Source: Lama glama
Taxonomy: Eukaryota
DNA length: 64,000 nucleotides
Direction: 5' to 3'
Assembly: GCA_028534125.1 (NCBI GenBank)
Contig: CM052818.1
Span: forward strand, 41,728,001 to 41,792,000
Shown here: positions 11,801-24,204 of the stretch, one piece after another
How the letters are laid out: every line of letters starts with the position of its first letter
Numbering within the stretch: the first letter of the stretch is position 1
Notes under the pieces: generated by a model
The model's database searches: none
Seen by the model: the letters and a program-made list of their open reading frames with translations, nothing else
What the model was told of the DNA's origin: nothing
Translations under genes and position numbers: made by a program

Positions 11801-13964
11801 ACAATATCCTATCAGAAGAAAACAAAAAATGACTTTCAGGGTGTGCCATTAACAACTGAACTTATTATACAAGATCCTTTGGGATCCAACCCCTGTCACC
11901 GTTCCAGCCTGAGTCCTTGCCACATTTCCTACCTGCCGACCTTTGGATTTTAGAAACCACCCACCCCCTCCCCAATCTGTGCCTCTCCCTTCCCATGCTT
12001 GGCTGTTTGATTCCTTCACGGTTGGCACACGGTCATTGGCACCCAGTGATTCCTGGGAGTCCCTGAGCCTCCACTGCCTGCGCCTGCTGACAGCCTTCGA
12101 GACATCTGCTGACTCTCCAGACTCAGCGCACGCGTCTCACCCTCTGCAAACCCACCCTGCCCCCCACCCACCAAGCTGGACTGGGCTCTCCGCTTTGAGA
12201 TCCCACTGTACCCAGCAGACCATGAGCAGCCGGTGACAGATTTTGAGCGGGAAAGCAGCAAGCTCTGTTCTTTATGAAGAAGCCTCTGGCAGCCAGTCCT
12301 CAGCAGGGATGGGAAGCCCACAGGAAACTCGCAGGGGCCAATGAGGAGTCTGATCCAGGCGGGGGGCGGGGCCTCGGGACCCCACTCACTCCGGGCTCAG
12401 GGATTTCCCGCCCACCCTGAGGCCTGGCCTGGGCTCCCAGTCTGGATGCTGGCTCCTCCTGCAGCCCAGACCTCATCAGCATTGTGCCCTTTGCTCTCGG
12501 CCCTCCTAAAAACAGCTCCCCTCCCTGCCAGTCCCATCCAGGGCTCCCCCCTGGCCTGATTAATGCTCCCCTCCAGGCCCCCAGTACTCCTCTCCCTTCT
12601 CTCTTCTTTCCAACCACAGTGTGCTCCTCTTCATCCAGAATGCTGACCCTCGGAACATGAACACGGTCCCCTAGACTGGGCCACACCTGGCTTCCCGGCC
12701 ATGGGCAGCTCTGTAGGAAAACAAGGGCATCACAGACCCTTAAACCTGGAGCCACCTGGAGCCACCTGAGATAGATCAGAGCCCTTGCCCCAAGACCTCT
12801 TACTAATATACGATGGTTCACATCAACAGGGCACCCCGGATGCACCCCCAGTTTCTGAGCCCCTCCCTGTTCCCATGCTGCCCCCACGAAGCTCAAAGTC
12901 TAGCAGGAGGGACAAGGAATAGATGCAAGGTAACAGGCTTGTATGCAGCCAGCACTGTGGAGCCCAGGGGTCCCCTGCTCTGCCTGGCAATCTTTGCGGA
13001 AAACTTCCTGAAGGAGGTTACTTCTTCTAAGAGTCTTTAGAGTGAGAAGGCAGAGGAGGACTTCAAGAAGAAGAAACCGAGTATATAAAGACAAGAAACA
13101 CCTGAGTAAGGAAGCAGGATTCTCCATGCTCTGGTTCCTCCTCTTCGGAGTCTGTTTCCTCTGGCACAGACTCCCAGTCTAAGAGCCCGCTGTCGCCTCA
13201 GTCCCACCGCTCACCAACACCATGGCAGGAGCCAGCTTTCTTAACCATCATTATCATCCCATCCGACACCCCCTTCCTTCATGTAGACTTTTCTAGGATC
13301 TTAAATTGTTCATAGTTCTCCAAAAATGTACCAGAGAGGCTAAAGCAATCATTTAGCAATTATTTTTGGTTGTGTACCCCAGTCACGTTGGAGAGGGCTC
13401 AGCCCATGGCAGGGACTCATCTTGATTCCCCAGCAAGACAGCAGATCAACTGCAGAAAGTACGCCTTTTATCTTCTCAAATTTTTCTTTAGGACCGAGGA
13501 CATATATAGCAGGTGCTCAGGGCGACCCCATGGAAGCTGACGTATTTGTCTATCTCATCTTGTCTCCCACCAGAGTTTATCCTTTTACAGCTTTGGTTCT
13601 AGGAGGCAATTTTCAAATTTCAAAAGCCTCTGCAGTTCTGAGGAAGGTGCCAGAGATAACAGGGAGGGCAAACCTGACTCATGACCAGGCAGACAGGGAG
13701 CGCTGGCCTGGAAGGTTCCCTTGGGGATCTCAGAAACAGGTGTCTGCTGTGTTTTAAGCCCAGACAGAAGGCTGGTTCCCAGACTGTGGGAACAATTGCT
13801 TACCCGCAGCCTGGACAGACGACCCCAGACAATTCCTAAAGGAACCATCTCCTCCACTGCCTCCCCCACCCCCACCTCACATCCTCTCCTGCCTTGCTTA
13901 GACGCCCTGCTGCCCCTCTCCCTGGAGTCAGGGATCTGGATTCAGAATCCAGGAGCCAGAGTCT

Positions 13965-14140
13965 CCCTGGAGATCGGCTTAGTGAGTACGGGATTTCCTT
14001 TGGGAACGATGACAATGTTTTGGAACTAGATAAAGGTGGTGGTTGCACAACATTGCAAGTGTATGAAATGCCACTGAACTGTTCACTTTCAAATAGTTAA
14101 AATACTATGTTATATGAAAGTCATCTCAATTTTAAAAAGA
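13965..14140 (+). mobile_element. L1MB-like 3' end
   Basis: gatgacaatgttttggaactagataaaggtggtggttgcacaacattg...gccactgaactgttcacttt...tgttatatgaa...tctcaattttaaaaa. Confidence 0.8.
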
Positions 14141-14399
14141 GGAAGAAAAAGGCCAGTGTGGAGGGCCTACAAACGCTCCAACTTGAAACCTCCAGGCTAG
14201 TGACCCAGGATGGTTACAGGTGTAGAAAGAGATTCATCTCCCTAGTTCCTGGGTTAACCAGAAGGACCCTGGGTGGCTAAAGCCACCAGTCATTCCCTCC
14301 GGCCCGCAGAGCCCAGTTCATATCCCCAAGGTCATGTGATGTGATCATTTTCCTTGTGTGTCAGGATGTAGGATGCCTGGGAGACACTGTGTTTCGTGT

Positions 14400-16985
14400 C
14401 CACCCCCTCCACTGGGGTCTGCCCTGGTTGCCTGGCACAGAAGAGGTTCTGGGCAGAATGCTCACCACGGGGCCCTGACGTCTGTTGTGGCCAGCAGGGT
14501 CCTGGCAACCTAGGTGGTACAGCAGAGGCCATAGGAGCCACTGAAGGTCCCCTGATGGCCTTGGTGCTCTGCATGGTGCTGATGCTGGAGACCCTGTGCC
14601 AGGCACTGGCAACGCTGCCAGGGGAGCTGAGCCCAGGTCCAGATCCCTTCAAATTGTGGGAGAGATGGTGACTTTTATAGCCCGTGGGGGAGTTTTTAAT
14701 GTTTAAAATTATGTATTACTCTGTAAGGAGAGACAAAGAACTGGCCGCTGGAGTTTCTGTCTTTCTGGAGGGAAGACATCACATTTTTGAGAGGTTTAGC
14801 AATATGGGAAGAGAATGTGGAGACCTTAAATCAACTCTCTTAGAAGTCAGACTCAAGAACGATCTACCAGAAATAGCAAATACGAACACCATGAACAATG
14901 AGCTGGAAAGCAACAGCTCTCTGCTCGGTCTTATAATAGAGTCTTATAGAAAAGCACGAGAAGGAGCTAAATCAAAATGTTTACAGCAAGTTCGGCTGAT
15001 GGCCAGCATACCGAGCAAGTCTCTGTCCTTAAAAGACTCAACTGAGCAAATCCAGTAAGTGGCTGCAACCAAAACATCCTTCAAAATCCACCAGCAGTTG
15101 TGGAGAACAGCTTCAGGGGCACTAATGGAGGCTTTGGAAGAAACTTTCAATCTTCTTAGAAGCATAGAGCTGCTTTCACAAGAATCTCAAAGATGGAAGG
15201 GTAGAGTGGGTGCACTCATTAAAGGAAAACAAAATCTCGGAAAATCCTGAACTGTCTATGGAGCAAGTTCTTAACAATAAAAAGAATCAGATGGAGCCTC
15301 TACATGAACACTTGCTGAAGATGAGCAATTGAGCTGCTATTGGTGGCGGTCAACAGGGAGCATGAGAACTTGGAATTGGACACACTAGAGGCATCTAACG
15401 GAGATCGCATACAAGGTGGATCAGAGGAGTGGGGAAGAAACTGACTTATGCAGCAGAGTTAAATGCTTACTCAAAAAACTCTCCAAGAAAAAGAAATCCA
15501 ATGTATGCAAAGTTAAACGGAAAAGCTAAAATAATCAATGCACTTAAAGATCACATGGAAACTCTCCAAACCAAAAAGCTTTACTGCAGCCAGAAAGCAA
15601 CCTCGGTACAAAGGGGCACACAAAAGCTCCTGCAGAAACATCAAGTCCTTCCCGGACTGACAGCATCAACAAAAAGAAATTTTTACCCCATATCTGATTT
15701 ACAGAGAATTTATGCTGAAGAGATAAAGGAGACCTTTTCCAAGGCAGACGAAAACATCAACAGTGCATATGAAGAGTTGTACACCTGTAACATTCAGGCC
15801 AAAAACATTTCAGAAAATTGCAGGAGAATCACTGGGTATTATCAAAGCCACCTTATTTCCCAAGAAAAAAAAGTTCACACTATTGGGCGAGAACTCTGTT
15901 CATTGAGAGAAGCCTCACTATAATAAGAAAATGGATATATCACACAAAAATTGGTATAGGAAAAATGTGAATGTTGGGGAAAGTATCCTACTGTCCTTGA
16001 TGTTCCAAACAGGGCATTTGGCAAAGGCCAGGGAGCCTAATTAGGAATCCCCTGAACAACCAGATCCCCGAGGAAGGGAGAGCATCAAGTTTTGATGGTG
16101 GGATGCACACAGCCCTTTGCCCAGCATTGACCAGTTGCCCTATGTGGGGTCCCTCCAGTCTGGCCAACTCCATCCTGAGTTCTTCCAGTGTATCTTCCAC
16201 AAGAAGAAGACAGAGCTTGTCTTGATTCTCCTTCCTTGATTCAACCATCTCACAGGACAGGGGAGCATCCAGCCCAGGTGTTCCTCCTCGTCCACCCACC
16301 GGAGGTCAGATGCTGAAGACGTGTCCCAGGAGGGGGTTCCTGAGAAGGGGATACCCTGTGTTTCCCCCTATTCTGAGAAGATCGACAAGCACCCCAAGAG
16401 TCCCACCAAGTGTTCTCCCTGCTCCAGCCCCAGTCTCCACTCTCTCACCACCACCATTGGATTTGTTCCTCTGTCCACACAACCTGGAAACAGAAGGGGG
16501 TCACCTTCCTGGATGATCGACCTTTCATTGAATCTACCTGAAGATCTAGAATAAGAGCAAGGTATATTTCTGTCTCTCAAAATATTTTTGATTTGTCTCT
16601 TTCAGTATTAGTCTATGAGGGATCGTACAATGGCTCAAAGGAAAAGTGACAGGCTATGATTTTTAGCATAACGTGTTAAAATTATGGAATCTATAATATA
16701 AATCTTTTAAGTCAGCTGCTTCCATTTTTTCCCATTTGTAGTTGGTATATTTAGAGTCTTTTTATTATTGTTAATATCCAAAAACACAGTATATTGGTTT
16801 CTGCTATTTAACATGCCCCCCCATAACATCAACTGTCATAAAAGTTTTATATGAGAATTTTCACCAGTGGAAATATTTGAAACCCAAGGCTTATTTCTGT
16901 ATAATGAGTGCTCAGTACCCTCTAGTTATAAGACTAATACTATTTACCATTGTAAATTTTGGTTAATCAAAAAACTTTTCTAAAA
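14400..16985 (+). pseudogene. MIA2: Processed pseudogene of cTAGE5/MIA2 (MEA6; ER exit-site TM + coiled-coil + proline-rich protein)
   Basis: Collinear, intronless peptide fragments match cTAGE5 as recalled: LETLCQALATLPGELSPGPDPF~LEELRRVVAALPEGMRPDSNLY; RRDKELAAGVSVFLE~REKKLALMLSGLIE; KSKCLQQVRLMASI~KSKHSEQDELMADI; VAATKTSFKI~VAEAKMTFKI; MEQVLNNKKNQMEPLHEHLLKMSN*AA~AEQVLNDKESHIKTLTERLLKMKDWAA; KKLTYAAELNA~KKLIHAAKLNA; YQSHLISQEKKVH~YQGQIISHEKKAH; LDVPNRAFG~LDVPNTAFG; RGFLRRGYPVFPP~RGPFLRRGPPFPP. Multiple stops and frameshifts, no intact start codon, AT-rich 3'UTR-like tail (~16560-16985) ending in an A-rich remnant. Confidence 0.92.
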
Positions 16986-17694
16986 ACGGACACATGGAGC
17001 AAAGCAGAGTGCTGGTAAACCTGCTGCCAAGGGCAGCGGGAGTGAGCAGTAAATTTTGGTTCATACAAGCCATGGGGTTTTGGAGAAGGGGTGATGTTTG
17101 TCTTCCAGTGCATTTAAAGCCAGTAAGTAGGGCATGCTCCACAGCAAAGTGAAGGAAGTTCTCACAAGCACCATGTTGAGACATTTTTCAATGTTAACGG
17201 TAATGACCTTCTTGATTCACCTCTCAGCGCTCCTACAGCCCAGTCACACCACATCCTAGGAATGGGCATGGAATATTTCTCCATTAAGTGATTCCACCTG
17301 CAGTCCCAGAGGATGGGGGTGCAGGGGAAAGAGGGAACAGGGGCAGAAGCTCAGATATTCAACTTTCTCTCCTCCTCGTCCCTGGAGAGTCACTCTGGTG
17401 CTGGTTTCCTGGAGTGAGTCTTCTTCAGGTGATGTGGTCAGAACTGAGGGCGCTCAGACTTTTCTAGCTGATCTCTCCCTTTCTCCCACTTCGCTCACTG
17501 GTCTAAGATCCTTCCATATGTTACCTCTAAATCCTTACAGCCACCCCGGAAGAAGCTTCCATGTTACAGATGAATCGTCCAACGCATAGGAGACCCTCTA
17601 CCTCATAAGCGGCAGAGCCAGATTCAGCCTCTGCCGCCCACACGCTGGACCACCAGGGCCTAAGCTGTTGGCAGCCCTGCCTGGTCCACCCACT

Positions 17695-17900
17695 CCTCTT
17701 ACTGACATTGAGCACCGCACGGAGTTTCAGTGACACCCACTCGTATTATCTTCACAAGAGCGCTGAAGCGTTGGTGTTATTATGCTAGGAAAGCAAGCCC
17801 CAGAGTGGCTCGGTGGCTCACTCCAGGGTCCAGGGCTGAAAGAGGGCAGAGCGGGTGTCAGCTGCAGGTCTGCCTTATGCCAAAGCTCACCGCCCTTCCC
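17695..17900 (-). mobile_element. MIR SINE
   Basis: ttactgacattgagcaccg...tcttcacaag...ggaaagcaagccccagagtgg...gccaaagctc. Confidence 0.55.
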
Positions 17901-19199
17901 ACTAGTCGTGGTTCCTGCTTGAGGTTGATACTGGCCACGAGTTCATTCGGGGTGCATCCGGGGCCACATGAAGCCGCTATGAGAAAGGAGGCTCCTCTCC
18001 TCCATTTGAGAAAGACAGACGTTCTCAGTAAGGAGAGCCTCAGCGTGAGGCATTACGCTTCATGCAGGTATGTTCACATCCCAAGGAGGGCTTCCGAAGT
18101 GACATAAACCTCCTTTCTCCACCTGAAGATGCCAAATCCCCTTTCCACTGGGACTTTAAATTCTGATAGGTATGCCAAGTCTAGTAATTCACACACACAC
18201 ATGCATACACACACACACACAAAGCAAAACCCAAATGTGAAAAGATAAAACCAGATATAAAAGGCTGACACTACTCCAGTACACAGGAAGTACCAAATGG
18301 CAGGACATGGCCTTAGGACCCCAGAAAGAATGAGGATTCACCAAGTTCATTATTCAGGCTTCTGTGACATTTCTGATTTCAACACCTGCTAAGTGCTTCT
18401 TTTTAACAGAGTGTAAAGTTTGAGAACCACTAGTGACCCTATGTAAATGAAAATCATTTTGAAGCTTCATTAGGCTGAATTTCAGACAGGGACTTTGGCT
18501 CTGTGACTATTTATTACTACTAAATATTTTTTGGATGATTGGGTTTCACAGGGGAAAAACAAAAAAATACTAAATCTGCTATCTCACATTTGTAAAATGT
18601 ACTTGCTGTTTCAAAAGGAGGGATTTGCACTGATCATTGTACTTGGTTTTTCTCGGAGAAGGAAGCAGGATGGGGCACTAATCGCCCTCGGATATTTACG
18701 AAGCACCCACTGTGTGCCGTATGTCCTGCGGGGTGCACTGTGGAAACCAGCTTGCTGCCTTCTCCAAACAACGGAGCGCTCAAAGCATTGCAGCAAGAAC
18801 CGAAACGCCCAGAAGCCAAGTGATTCTTGAAAAATTGTCAGCAAGTTGGTGAGAGACTCGAACCCAGATCTCCCATCTTGCTGTCCGAAGCTGTTTCATC
18901 ATCGCGCCTCTCTGAAGACACGGAAATGACCAGGGAATGCGCAGGGCTGCCATGCGGAGGTGAATTAGGACAGTGCCCGATTAAAAAGCAAATTGTGTTC
19001 GTCCTCTTTTTAAAAAAAAAAAAAAAAGCAAATTGTGTTCCCAGGAACTGAGCAAATTAGATCCCTTTCTCTTCACAGCCCGCACCTTCATCACCTGCTA
19101 GAAACAAGCTCTTCTGAGGTCGCCAGCAGGGCCATTAGCATCCCTGCTCTTCCTCCCCGTCGAAAGCATTAAAAAAAAAAAAAAAACTTTTAAAAAGAT

Positions 19200-19960
19200 G
19201 AAGGTTTCACAGATCCAAACATCCGCAGATCCAAACTCCTTATTTGTCCCGTGTGTCTGGGCCGGCGACAGCAGCCCAGGCGTTCGTCACTCCTATTCGA
19301 AAATGCGGGGTGAGTTTATTGGGTTAAAATCAGCTTTGTTTGGGTTTGCGCCGCCCTTGTTCCCCGGGGGCCCCACATGGGGCGCCAACATGGCCTGGAA
19401 GAGGGGCGTGTCAAGTGCCCCCCATCAAGCATTGTTACTGCGCAGTGAACTGGAGTCGCAGAGGGGAAGGGAAAAAAGTAATTCCTCATTTTCATCCTGA
19501 CCAGGGTTCCCCTTTTCTTTGGCGGCTCGGAGCCGCGGTAATCCGCATTCAAGGCGCCCAGCCCCGGGTTCCTCTCGGAGTTCTCTCCGGCTCCCCGGCA
19601 TTGTCTTCCTATCTGGGCCCGCTTCTTCCAATAGTGCTCCTTGAAAGCGCTTTCTCCGACAAAAAAGGACCAGCTCTATAATAGCCAACTTGGGCCCTTT
19701 CTTCTCCCTCTCTCTCACTCTTTTTTTTTTTTTTTTTTAAGCTTTCCGACGGAGCCGGGCTATTTAATCTTCTTGAGGCGTTCAAGATGTCACTTACCTC
19801 TGATGGTGGAGACAATGGAGAAATCTTTGCAGCCTGAATGCCGGGCCTTGCTGAATGCCTCAGGCCGCTTTGAAGAGGGTTCTTGGAAGTCTCTGTTTCA
19901 GCCGCTGTCCCGGTGGCCCGAGCGCAGGTCTTTCGGAGCCATTGCACGCAGGCCTCACCA
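19200..19960. promoter_or_regulatory. CpG-enriched candidate regulatory element (orphan CpG-island-like)
   Basis: Visible CpG excess over flanks; YY1-like CAACATGGC at ~19386-19394; no associated exon recognised. Confidence 0.4.
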
Positions 19961-19964
19961 GAGG

Positions 19965-20140
19965 TGGCTTAACATAAAGGAGAGTGGGAAGGCTTTCTCA
20001 TCAGAAAGACCCCGGTTCAAATCCCACCTCAGATGTAGAGCAAATCACCCATCTATCTAATCCTTTGGGCCTCAGTTTTCCTAAAAGCGACATTAAAGTG
20101 ACAGGAGTTCCCACAGGAGGGTGCTGCAAGAACTGAATGT
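19965..20140 (+). mobile_element. MIR SINE
   Basis: agaccccggttcaaatccc...tttgggcctcagttttcct. Confidence 0.65.
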
Positions 20141-20449
20141 TTACAAAAAGTCTGTTTCTGCTTCCCATTCTGAAAATGTTATGTGTGTGCCATTCATTGC
20201 TAGATTGACTTTAGAAGATCCTGGCAACTGAGCTCGCGTGTGGAATTCTGACCTTCCTTTCTGAGGGAAAGAAATAAGAAGAGTTTCATTAATTAATGAA
20301 TTGGAGCAGGAGGAGCCAAAGGTCCGCCACCTTTGTTACCTCTGACCTCTCTCCCCCAGCCTCCAAGCCCTGCTGACCCCGCTTTCTGCAGGCCACTCCT
20401 GCCCCATCGCAGTGCCCCCGGCAGGCCTGCATCCTCAGGGGACTGTTCC

Positions 20450-21030
20450 CAGTCAGGTTGCATTCCCTTGCTCTAGAACATTCCATCACTCCCTACGGGG
20501 GTAAAAAGCCAACTTCTTCTTTGCTTTCAAAACCCTTTGATGATCAGCTCATTTTTCCAGCCTCCACCCCTACCTTTCCCTTCCAAGAACCCCACATTCC
20601 AGCTCCTGGCCCTGTGCAGCCCTGCTTCCGAGCCTCTGCCGGGACTGTTTCTGCAGCTTGGAACGATGCCTCTCTCCTTCTCATCAGCCTCTCCAATCCC
20701 ATCACCCCTGGAGGCCCTGCTCAAATCATCCTCCTGGGGCCATGTCCTTCCCCCATAGCCCCGGCCTCACTTCAGCTCCACAAACACCATGGAACTGCTG
20801 CTCTGCTCCACGAAACTGGAGACTCAAGGAGGAAGATGCCACAGCCCTGCCCTTGAAAAGCTTAAAACAGCCTGTTAGGTACCAAACTGTCGCTTTGTGC
20901 TCACAAGCCCCCAGTCACATCCCATGAAGGCAAGAGTTCTCATTCCCATCTGTACCACCCTCGTCACCGTCACCAAGCAGAGTGACTGGTACTCAGCTAG
21001 GGCCCAGGCTCTACCTGCTGCTTGAATGAG
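20450..21030 (+). mobile_element. L2 fragment
   Basis: cccacattccagc...gactgtttctgcagcttggaa...ctgcttgaatga. Confidence 0.6.
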
Positions 21031-22074
21031 TGTATGTGGGCACTTCATTTCTCCTGGGTACTTTTCAGCTGCCAGGGACCAAACTAGTCAAGCCGCTTAC
21101 TTGTCTGTGAAGTGGGTCTTATCTCCATCTCACAGCTGACGAAACTGAGGGGCAGACAGATGTGCCGACCAGACCAACGTCAGGCAGCTAACATGGAATT
21201 AAGCCCCCACCTGCAACCAGACGTCCTGTCCCACCCCAAGAACAAACTTGGAGAATTTGGTGAAATACTGACGTTACTGAGTAGGAATTTTCAGAGAACT
21301 TAGATTGAGGGGTGATATTTGACCGATCAGAGGTGGGTACCACACGAGGACCATCTGATGCTCAGGGCTGCCCCCATCCCTGTGCTGACCGGGCGGCATG
21401 CAGGCCACTCACACCGTGTGTATGAAATATACATTCTGTACCTTCACGGAGGCCCTGCGTGCGGTGAGGGCGCACAGAGCCTTCCCCGAGCCGTGTACAA
21501 CTTTTCATTTCCCATATCAATCATGAGAACAAGTTGAAGTTCAGATAATGGCAGCTTGGTTTCCCCTAATTGTTCAGGATTTAGACTGACTGTTTGCACT
21601 GCAGACTGCGGCCACTGGGTTCCCGGCGGGGGGCTGTGGCCCGCTCTTTCTCTAACAAACCCGTGTTCATGCGTCCATTCAGATCCATCACCCTGAGATA
21701 AACTGTGAATATTGCCCTTTGTCGCCGCTGCATTCTTCCCGGCATTGTGGGGGCACTATTTACGGATTTAAAGGTTCATTTGCACAATTCTTTTGTCAGC
21801 AGCCCAGGCGCAGAATGGCAAAGTGAGGGCTGCCTCGTCTTTCTGGGTTACTGCCCCGGAGCTGTCCCCGAGCAGAATGGACATGCCTGCCCCCAGGCTT
21901 AGCATGAAGAATGTCAATGCGAAAATTACATTTTTTAAATGACCTGTCTGCTTCCGTGGCCAGGGAGGTCACTAGTTCACAGAGGGCGGGATTACGTGTT
22001 GCCACCCACCCCTTGGGCGGTGTTCGCAGGCTCAGCTTTGAAAAGTAGCCCAGGGTAAGATGTGGTACAGTGCA

Positions 22075-22262
22075 CGACCTCGAGCATTTCACATATGCAG
22101 CATCCTGCTCAAGCCTCGCACTTTCAGGTAAGGGGTATGGGTCCCATTTCACAGAGGAGGAAACTGAGGCTCTGTGAGTTTCGAGGAAGTGTTTGAGCCC
22201 ACGAGGCAAGGGAGATGGCAAAGCTGAACTTCTAACCCAGGGCTTTTGGACTCCTAGTCCTG
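22075..22262 (-). mobile_element. MIR SINE
   Basis: cccatttcacagaggaggaaactgaggctc core. Confidence 0.75.
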
Positions 22263-24137
22263 TGTTCCTTTGGGTCTTCACTGCAACTCTCTAAAATTTT
22301 GTTCAAAAGGTCCTGGGCTGGGCTTCTGAATAAGGCAGTAAGAATGATGCAGCCCAGAGACACATATGACCAGATGTCAGAGAACACAACTGCTCTACTG
22401 TGATTGGGAATTCCACAAATTCTGAGACCTCCCCCAGGCACCACCTCCTCCAGGACCTCACCCTGATTTCCTCTGCTCTGGGCAGCCATGTGGTGATTTC
22501 TCCCCCCTCTTGTGGTGATTCTCAGTTACAGGATTATCTGCTTAGATTGCTGGCTCCCTGAGGGTGCATCTGATCTTTCCTATTTGTCCCTCAATGCCCA
22601 GCTTGGGCCCTGGCAAATAACGTGCACATACTAAACATTTTGAAAGAATGAACGGATGAGTGACTTTTGTGCCATATGAGGGCTACGTCTTTTGGGAATC
22701 TTTCTGAAAAAATTAATTCCTCTGCACACACCCACGTAGTTCTTCAACTCCACTTAGAAGAGATCAGAGTGAGCCAGGGGGCAAAGATGACAATATCATG
22801 GACCCACTTGCTCTGGATGGAAAGAAAAAATAAAAGAAAAATGTAAGTTCTCATCCAGGCTCAGATTCAGAGCCCCACAGAATGCCAATCTGTTCTTTAG
22901 GAAAGATCTGATTTTATCAATTTTTTTTTTTTTGAGAAATTAACCCAAACTTTGTGTCAGTCAGAATACAGTCTGTGCTGTCAGCAGTCCATGCTTTATC
23001 ACAGAGGATGGAAGAAAAGGAAGGGAAAAAAGAAAAGTTTAAAAGGTGGGGCAAATGGATGCGGAGGTTTGGAAGTCACGAGAATGATGAGAAGGGTTTT
23101 TGAAAAGTCAAGAACACAGAAACTATATTTTTAACGTTATTATAAATAATTTCATCATCCAATGTTCCCACTGCATCTTAGAATGAATAATCCCAGATTT
23201 ACATAATCTGGTAATGAATATGGTCCTCAAATACAAGGAGTGTGTTTAGAATATCACTATTACTGCTGGACAAAGTTTAAGTCTATATATTTTATATATG
23301 ATATATACCTTCCCTTGAAGGACAGTTTCACTTCACTTAGTAAATAGATGTTGGGTCCATGTTTTGACCAAAAATATAGTTTTTCTGCATTTGATTCATG
23401 CCCCAGAAGCATGGCTAGCATTTACAGAAAGAGTTTAACATCTATCATGTCCTTTGTTCCTGCAATCCATTTCCAAGCATATGCCCAACCTGAAATAGAG
23501 ACATGATTTGATGCAAAAGGATGTCCATCACAGCATTGTTTATAAGTAGAAAGTAGATCAATGATAAATTAATTGAAAATAGAAATTACATAAATCCGTT
23601 AACACGGAAGTGGTTCCATAAATATAAAATTATCTATGCTGTGGAAACCCAGTCACGCAAATACATATATTCATAGAAAAAAGAACTAGAAGAATTGAAA
23701 CATTGTTGGCTTTGGATTAATGACTTGTATGATTTTGAGGGCATGATGGAGGTAACACCACACTGAAGCAAGTAGACAAGCAAGTAAGAGGGAAGATACT
23801 ACCAAACATGAAAAAATATGCATAAAAAGAGGTCTATGGTTTGGCCATGTTTAAGGGAGATGGTGAAATCATTCTGGTGTAAACTCCAGTGAGCCGGCAC
23901 CAGTGAGCTGAGCTCCTACCAAAGGCTGTGTTACGTTCTGCGTGATTCTGCAAACCTAGAAGCATTGCATAGAAGTGACTCCTCTTTGAGCATACTGGGC
24001 AAGAGAGCTGCAGATAATGGAGCTTTCCTTCCTTCTCCCTTTTCTCTTGCTCCTTCATTTCATGTGGATTACTGGGGTTGCCTCGAAAAGTCCCACCAGC
24101 CAATGGTGACGTTTATCCCTGGATTTTTCTTTCTAGG

Positions 24138-24204
24138 TGTATCAGTTACCTAAAGCTGCATGACAAATTATGGCAAACTGGGTGGTTTAAAACAGCAGAA
24201 ACTT
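24138..24204 (-). mobile_element. MLT1 LTR end interrupted by L1
   Basis: tgtatcagttacctaaagctgcatgacaaattatggcaaactgggtggtttaaaacagcagaaa resembles an antisense MLT1 terminus and 41364-41425. Confidence 0.7.

Noticed and set aside
12300..12896. 198-aa minus-strand ORF
   Set aside because: G/P/R-rich low-information translation with no family match and no splice evidence.
15429..15923. 164-aa ORF as an intact gene
   Set aside because: Starts at GTG and is an internal fragment of the disrupted cTAGE5 pseudogene.
19370..19386. CTCF site (cccacatggggcgcc)
   Set aside because: Three mismatches to the core consensus, including key positions; too weak without a PWM score.
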